Notes under the pieces: model-generated
Told to the model about the DNA's origin: nothing
Seen by the model: the letters and a program-made list of their open reading frames with translations, nothing else
The model's database searches: none
Origin: Bdellovibrionota bacterium
GTDB taxonomy: Bacteria; Bdellovibrionota_C; UBA2361
DNA: 10,059 nt
Reading direction: 5' to 3'
Assembly (NCBI GenBank): GCA_044352465.1
Contig: JBILDU010000103.1
Coordinates: 1-10,059, forward strand
Translations under genes and position numbers: made by a program
In this document: one piece after another, positions 5,855 through 10,059 of the stretch
How the letters are laid out: each line of letters opens with the position of its first letter
Position numbering within the stretch: position 1 is the first letter of the stretch

Positions 5855-7366
5855 TTACCGCCCTTTCCCGTAAAGTCGGTCGACCGCCTCGACCGCGGCG
5901 AGCCACCGCGCCACGATCCGCTCGGCATCCCCCTCTCTCATGGTGGGGCGAAAGGTGCTCGAGGACTCCACCACCGGGGCGCAATCCTCGGGCGCAAGCC
6001 CGAGCCGGGCTGCGCGCGCCGCTCCCTTAGCGGTCGTCTCGAGATTCTCGGGGCGGACGAGCTCGCGACGCATCACATCAGCTTGAAACTGCATCAAGTA
6101 ATCGCTGCGTGCCGCCCCCCCATCGACCCCAAGGTGCCCCACATGCCCGGGAAAGGTTTGTGCCATCGCGCGATTGAGCTGGACGATCTGCAACGCGATG
6201 CTCTCGAGCACCGCCCGGGTGATCTGCGCGCGACTCGTTCCCCGGGTCAGCCCGAGGAGCGCCCCCTTTGCGTGGGGATTCCAATACGGAGCCCCAAGCC
6301 CCGCGAGAGCGGGAATGAAGAGGACGTTTTCATCGCGGGGCTCGGAGAGAGCGAGCGATTCGCTCAACCGCGCATCGTCGAACCATTTAAAATTATCCCG
6401 GAGAAACTGCACCGCCGCGCCAGCGATAAAGGTGCTTCCCTCAAGTACGAACGTTCGCCTCTTGGCGTCACTGAACCCAACGCTCGTGAGAAGACCGGTG
6501 TCGCTCACGTAGGGCTTCTCGCCGGTATTCAAAAGGTAGAACGCCCCCGTTCCGTATGTCACCTTCCCCTCGCCCGCGCTATCTGCCGCGTGCCCGCACA
6601 AAGCGGCCTGCTGGTCGCCCAAGCAACCTGTAATCGGAATCCCATCGGGCAGCCCCGGCACACCGCGGGTGACACCGAGCTTGCCAGCGCTCGGTACGAT
6701 CGCGGGGAGCGCTTCCCGGGGCACCCCAAAAAGCTTCAAAAGCCCCTCGTCGTAGTCCCCGGTGTGCAGGTTGTAGAGCATCGTGCGCGAGGCATTGGTA
6801 TGGTCGGTCACAAAACTCGTGCCACCGCTCAGACGGAAGATAACGTAGCAATCGATCGTGCCAACGGCGAGCTCGCCCCCCGTGAGCCATTCCCGCGCCC
6901 GCGGCTGATGCTCTAAAATCCAGCGTATTTTGGAGCCACTAAAATACGGATCACATACGAGCCCCGTCTTCCGATGGATCTCCCGGCCCGTCTCTGCATC
7001 TTGGCCTAGCTCGGCGCAAAATTGAGCGGTGCGGCGGTCCTGCCAAACGATCGCTCGTCCCGCGAGCTCGCCGGTTCGACGATTCCAGGCGAGCACCGTC
7101 TCGCGCTGGTTCGTAATCCCAATCGCCGCGATATCATGCAGGCGTGCGCCAGGTACGCGGCTCAGCACTCGCTCCCATCCCCGCCCCAATGCTTCGAGGA
7201 CACTCGCCCAGATCTCAGCACCATCGTGCTCCACCCAGCCAGGGGTCGGAAAATGTTGCGGGAATTCGACTTTGACGTTGCCGAGAAGACGCAGCGTTCC
7301 CCGTTCAAAGTACGCGGCGGTGGAACCGGTCGTTCCTTGATCGATCGCGAGAACGATATCCGACAT
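5855..7366 (-). CDS. glpK: Glycerol kinase (FGGY family)
   Basis: LAIDQGTTGS, GWVEHD, GITNQRET, AIVWQDRRT, DPYFSGSKI, TNASRTML, GDQQAAL, TYGTGAF, LEGS, GLGAPYW, VDGGA. SD GGAG 6 nt before the ATG. Confidence 0.95.
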   Translation of the reverse strand: MSDIVLAIDQGTTGSTAAYFERGTLRLLGNVKVEFPQHFPTPGWVEHDGAEIWASVLEALGRGWERVLSRVPGARLHDIAAIGITNQRETVLAWNRRTGELAGRAIVWQDRRTAQFCAELGQDAETGREIHRKTGLVCDPYFSGSKIRWILEHQPRAREWLTGGELAVGTIDCYVIFRLSGGTSFVTDHTNASRTMLYNLHTGDYDEGLLKLFGVPREALPAIVPSAGKLGVTRGVPGLPDGIPITGCLGDQQAALCGHAADSAGEGKVTYGTGAFYLLNTGEKPYVSDTGLLTSVGFSDAKRRTFVLEGSTFIAGAAVQFLRDNFKWFDDARLSESLALSEPRDENVLFIPALAGLGAPYWNPHAKGALLGLTRGTSRAQITRAVLESIALQIVQLNRAMAQTFPGHVGHLGVDGGAARSDYLMQFQADVMRRELVRPENLETTAKGAARAARLGLAPEDCAPVVESSSTFRPTMREGDAERIVARWLAAVEAVDRLYGKGR

Positions 7367-7403
7367 AGAAAACTCCGCGGTAAAAATACAGCAAGGTCAG
7401 TGA

Positions 7404-7412
7404 TTTATACCA
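7404..7412 (-). promoter_or_regulatory. Candidate extended -10 element for glpK
   Basis: Minus strand TG-G-TATAAA in the AT-rich divergent intergenic region. The last base deviates from the conserved T and there is no clear -35. Confidence 0.35.
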
Positions 7413-7494
7413 CACTCACGGCGTCATATTCGAGAAGTTCCAGCTTAAAAAGGGCTACACTCACACCGCTCGTTCGCTGTATCCTCAAGACACT

Positions 7495-8070
7495 ATGAGC
7501 CTTCAGCCCCACTTCGCACCGATCATTGAAGCACCCCTTCCGAACGGCTTGGCCCTCCGGCGATTCAGCCTCGACGATGCTGAACCTCTCTTTGCGCTCA
7601 TCGATCGCGATCGCCAGTATCTACGCAGGTGGCTCCCATGGGTCGACCTCACCCTCGCCCCCAACAACGTGCGGAACTTCATAGCGGTGACCCTTGAACA
7701 GGCGCGGAACCATAACGGTTTTCACTGCGCCATCGCGAAGGACACTGCACTTATCGGTACTGTCGGGCTTCACTCGGTCGACTGGCCGAACAGGAAAACC
7801 TCGGTCGGCTATTGGCTCGGGAGCGCCTACTCCGGGCACGGCTATATGACAGCGGCGGTTCACCGGGTTGTCAGCCACTGTTTCGATGTTTTAAAGCTCC
7901 ACCGGGTTGAAATCCGGTGTGCCGTCGGTAACGAGAAAAGTCGCGCTATCCCCATGCGGCTCGGTTTTATTGAAGAGGGGGTACTGCGCGAAAACGAATG
8001 GCTTGGCGACCACTTCGTGGATCATACGGTTTATGCAATGCTCGCCCCGGCGTGGCGGAAAATCATTTGA
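7495..8070 (+). CDS. GNAT N-acetyltransferase, RimJ/RimL (YdaF-like) family
   Basis: DAEPLFALIDRDRQYLRRWLPWV, VGYWLGSAYSGHGYMT (acetyl-CoA loop), LHRVEIRCAVGNEKSRAIPMRLGFIEEGVLRE. Confidence 0.93.
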   Translation: MSLQPHFAPIIEAPLPNGLALRRFSLDDAEPLFALIDRDRQYLRRWLPWVDLTLAPNNVRNFIAVTLEQARNHNGFHCAIAKDTALIGTVGLHSVDWPNRKTSVGYWLGSAYSGHGYMTAAVHRVVSHCFDVLKLHRVEIRCAVGNEKSRAIPMRLGFIEEGVLRENEWLGDHFVDHTVYAMLAPAWRKII

Positions 8071-8142
8071 TTCGAGCGGGGTCATCCCTTATCTTTCCTC
8101 GGCACCGCTTACGGTGCTCATCCGACTCATAAGGATATAGCT

Positions 8143-8730
8143 ATGAAAAAATTACTGTGTGCCTATCTCTTCCTCGTTGTCGCTCTCTCGGGCTGTGGCT
8201 ACAACACCCTACAAAGTGGTGACGAGGACGTGAAGTCAGCCTGGTCCGAGGTTTTAAATCAGTACCAACGTCGCGCTGATCTTGTGCCGAACCTCGTATC
8301 AACCGTGAAAGGATACGCCGCTCACGAGGAGAAGGTACTTACCGAGGTGACCGAGGCGCGCTCAAAGATCGGCGCGATTCAGATTACCCCCGAGCTTTTA
8401 AACGATGAGGCCGCATTCGCCCGCTTCCAACAGGCCCAAGCGTCAATGACGGGGGCTCTCTCACGACTGATGGCAGTAGCCGAGAGCTACCCGCAACTCC
8501 AAGCCCAGGCTAATTTTCGCGATCTTCAGGCCCAACTCGAGGGCACGGAAAACCGAATTACGGTAGCGAGGAAGCGCTACATCGATTCAGTGAAGGGCTA
8601 CAATATAACGGTACGTTCATTTCCATCCAACCTCACCGCGATGCTGTTCGGCCACAAAGTAAAACCGAACTTCTCAGTTGAAAACGAGCAAGCGATTAGC
8701 CAACCCCCGGCGGTGGACTTCTCGAAGTAA
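8143..8730 (+). CDS. lemA: LemA family protein with lipobox
   Basis: LSGC-GYN, WSEVLNQYQRRADLVPNLV.TVKGYAAHE, ESYPQLQA..NF.DLQAQLEGTENRI.VAR. SD TAAGGA upstream. Confidence 0.95.
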   Translation: MKKLLCAYLFLVVALSGCGYNTLQSGDEDVKSAWSEVLNQYQRRADLVPNLVSTVKGYAAHEEKVLTEVTEARSKIGAIQITPELLNDEAAFARFQQAQASMTGALSRLMAVAESYPQLQAQANFRDLQAQLEGTENRITVARKRYIDSVKGYNITVRSFPSNLTAMLFGHKVKPNFSVENEQAISQPPAVDFSK

Positions 8731-8739
8731 GGTGCCACG

Positions 8740-9588
8740 ATGCCCGGTGCGTTAAAAATTTTGCTCGGTGCGGTGCTAGCGCTCTGCGCTTATGCCGCAC
8801 CGATCGCTGCCCAGATTGAGCTGCCGGCGCTCACCCGCCCCGTGATCGACAAGACTGCGACCCTCTCGGCGCAAGAGATTACCACACTCGAAGTTGAGAT
8901 TCGGGCTGTGGAGGCCGAAAAAGGAAGCCAAATCGTCGTATTTCTCGTCTCGTCGACGGCACCTGAGACGATTGAGCAGTTCGGGATTCGGCTCGCCGAG
9001 GAGTGGAAAGTTGGTCGCAAAGGTATCGACGATGGGGCTATCCTTATCGTGGCGAAAGATGACCGCGCCGTTCGGATCGAGGTGGGTTACGGCCTCGAAG
9101 GCGCGATACCCGACGCCATCGCGAAACGAATCATCGAAGAGCGGATCCTCCCCCAATTTCGCAGCGGTAGCTTTTTCGGTGGTATTCGGGAGGGGGTCGA
9201 AGCGCTTAGCCTTATCATCCGCGGCGAACCACTCCCTGCTCCCGCTGAAACTGCCTCCACCGACGACGCCCAACAGATCGGATTCACCCTGCTTCTTTTT
9301 GTCGGCATCGTGGTCTGTGCGGTGATCGCCGGAAAACTAGGGCGTGTCGGCGGGGCGCTCATTGGAAGCACCCTCATGGGTCTGATCGCTATCCCGCTTC
9401 TCGGCCTCGTCAGCGCACTCTTTCTTACCGTCCTCCTGCTTATGGTCGGCCTCGGGCCGCAAGGCCACGGGGGCTCACGGCGGGGCGGGTCATGGAGCAG
9501 CGGCCGCTCCGGCGGGGGCTTTGGTGGGGGCGGCTTCAGCGGGGGGGGCGGAAGTTTCGGAGGTGGTGGTGCCTCTGGTCGTTGGTAG
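8740..9588 (+). CDS. TPM (TLP18.3/Psb32/MOLO-1) domain membrane protein, YgcG family, with Gly-rich tail
   Basis: Signal peptide, ETIEQFGIRLAEEWKVGRKGIDDGAIL, RIEVGYGLEGAIPD, transmembrane segments, C-terminus GGGGSFGGGGASGRW. Starts 9 nt after lemA. Confidence 0.93.
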   Translation: MPGALKILLGAVLALCAYAAPIAAQIELPALTRPVIDKTATLSAQEITTLEVEIRAVEAEKGSQIVVFLVSSTAPETIEQFGIRLAEEWKVGRKGIDDGAILIVAKDDRAVRIEVGYGLEGAIPDAIAKRIIEERILPQFRSGSFFGGIREGVEALSLIIRGEPLPAPAETASTDDAQQIGFTLLLFVGIVVCAVIAGKLGRVGGALIGSTLMGLIAIPLLGLVSALFLTVLLLMVGLGPQGHGGSRRGGSWSSGRSGGGFGGGGFSGGGGSFGGGGASGRW

Positions 9589-9603
9589 CTGAGTAAACAA
9601 GAT

Positions 9604-10059
9604 ATGAAAAGACTCCTGACGCATTGCTTTTTGGGCCCACTGCTTTTGAAACGCTATTTCCCACCAGCGGAGCTTCAGCGGATAACGACTGCGATCGGCC
9701 AAGCAGAGCGACACCATCGCGCCGAGATCCGGTTCTGCGTTGAAGGTGCGCTCGACCTCGGGGAACTTCGCCGCGGCCTCTCTCCCCGTGAATGTGCGCT
9801 GGCCGCATTTAGCGACCTACGTGTGTGGGACACCGAAAACAATAACGGTGTGCTCATCTACCTGTTACTGGCTGACCACGACATCGAGATCGTCGCCGAC
9901 CGAGGCATCAACGCCAAGGTTGAGCCCGCGGAATGGGAATCGATCTGCCGCGATATGGAGGCCGGATTTCGGGCGGGCCGTTACGCTGACGCTGTCATCG
10001 CCGGGATCGCGCGAATCTCGTCGCTGCTCACGTACCATTTTCCCACCGAGGCATCCCCG
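9604..10059 (+). CDS. Second TPM-domain protein, 3'-truncated by the window edge (not in the ORF track)
   Basis: Manual translation: MKRLLTHCFLGPLLLKRYFPPAELQRITTAIGQAERHHRAEIRFCVEGAL...FSDLRVWDTENNNGVLIYLLLADHDIEIVADRGINAKV...HFPTEASP, open to the window end. Typical third gene of the LemA-TPM-TPM cluster. Confidence 0.92.
   Translation, partial: MKRLLTHCFLGPLLLKRYFPPAELQRITTAIGQAERHHRAEIRFCVEGALDLGELRRGLSPRECALAAFSDLRVWDTENNNGVLIYLLLADHDIEIVADRGINAKVEPAEWESICRDMEAGFRAGRYADAVIAGIARISSLLTYHFPTEASP

Noticed and set aside
6083..6916. 277-aa ORF on the + strand, and other ORFs inside glpK
   Set aside because: Antisense or out-of-frame shadows of a well-conserved gene; no motifs or start signals.
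9460..9585. G-rich tract (possible G-quadruplex or phase-variable poly-G)
   Set aside because: Encodes the conserved Gly-rich tail of YgcG/TPM proteins, and the frame is intact.
1..10059. CRISPR array, IS element, prophage or defence system
   Set aside because: No regularly spaced DNA repeats and no transposase, integrase, phage or nuclease motifs seen.

Overview
Bacterial chromosomal window, GC roughly 55-60% by eye, lineage not determinable from sequence. Housekeeping genes flank the window: the 3' part of a short, zinc-free-knuckle methionyl-tRNA synthetase (metG) on the left; htpX, glycerol kinase (glpK), a RimJ/RimL-type GNAT acetyltransferase and the known LemA + TPM + TPM trio on the right (the last TPM gene runs off the window and is missing from the ORF track). 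Between metG and htpX (about 1410-4790) are five hypothetical genes I cannot assign to families, most with credible expression or export signals. The most unusual items are an Arg-rich, probably exported protein built from x-[LI]-[YF]-G repeats with 12-residue spacing, two divergent genes with leaderless-type promoter geometry, and several palindromic or structured intergenic segments. I saw no mobile element, CRISPR array, tRNA or rRNA, and no clearly new multi-gene system; the findings are leads, not discoveries.
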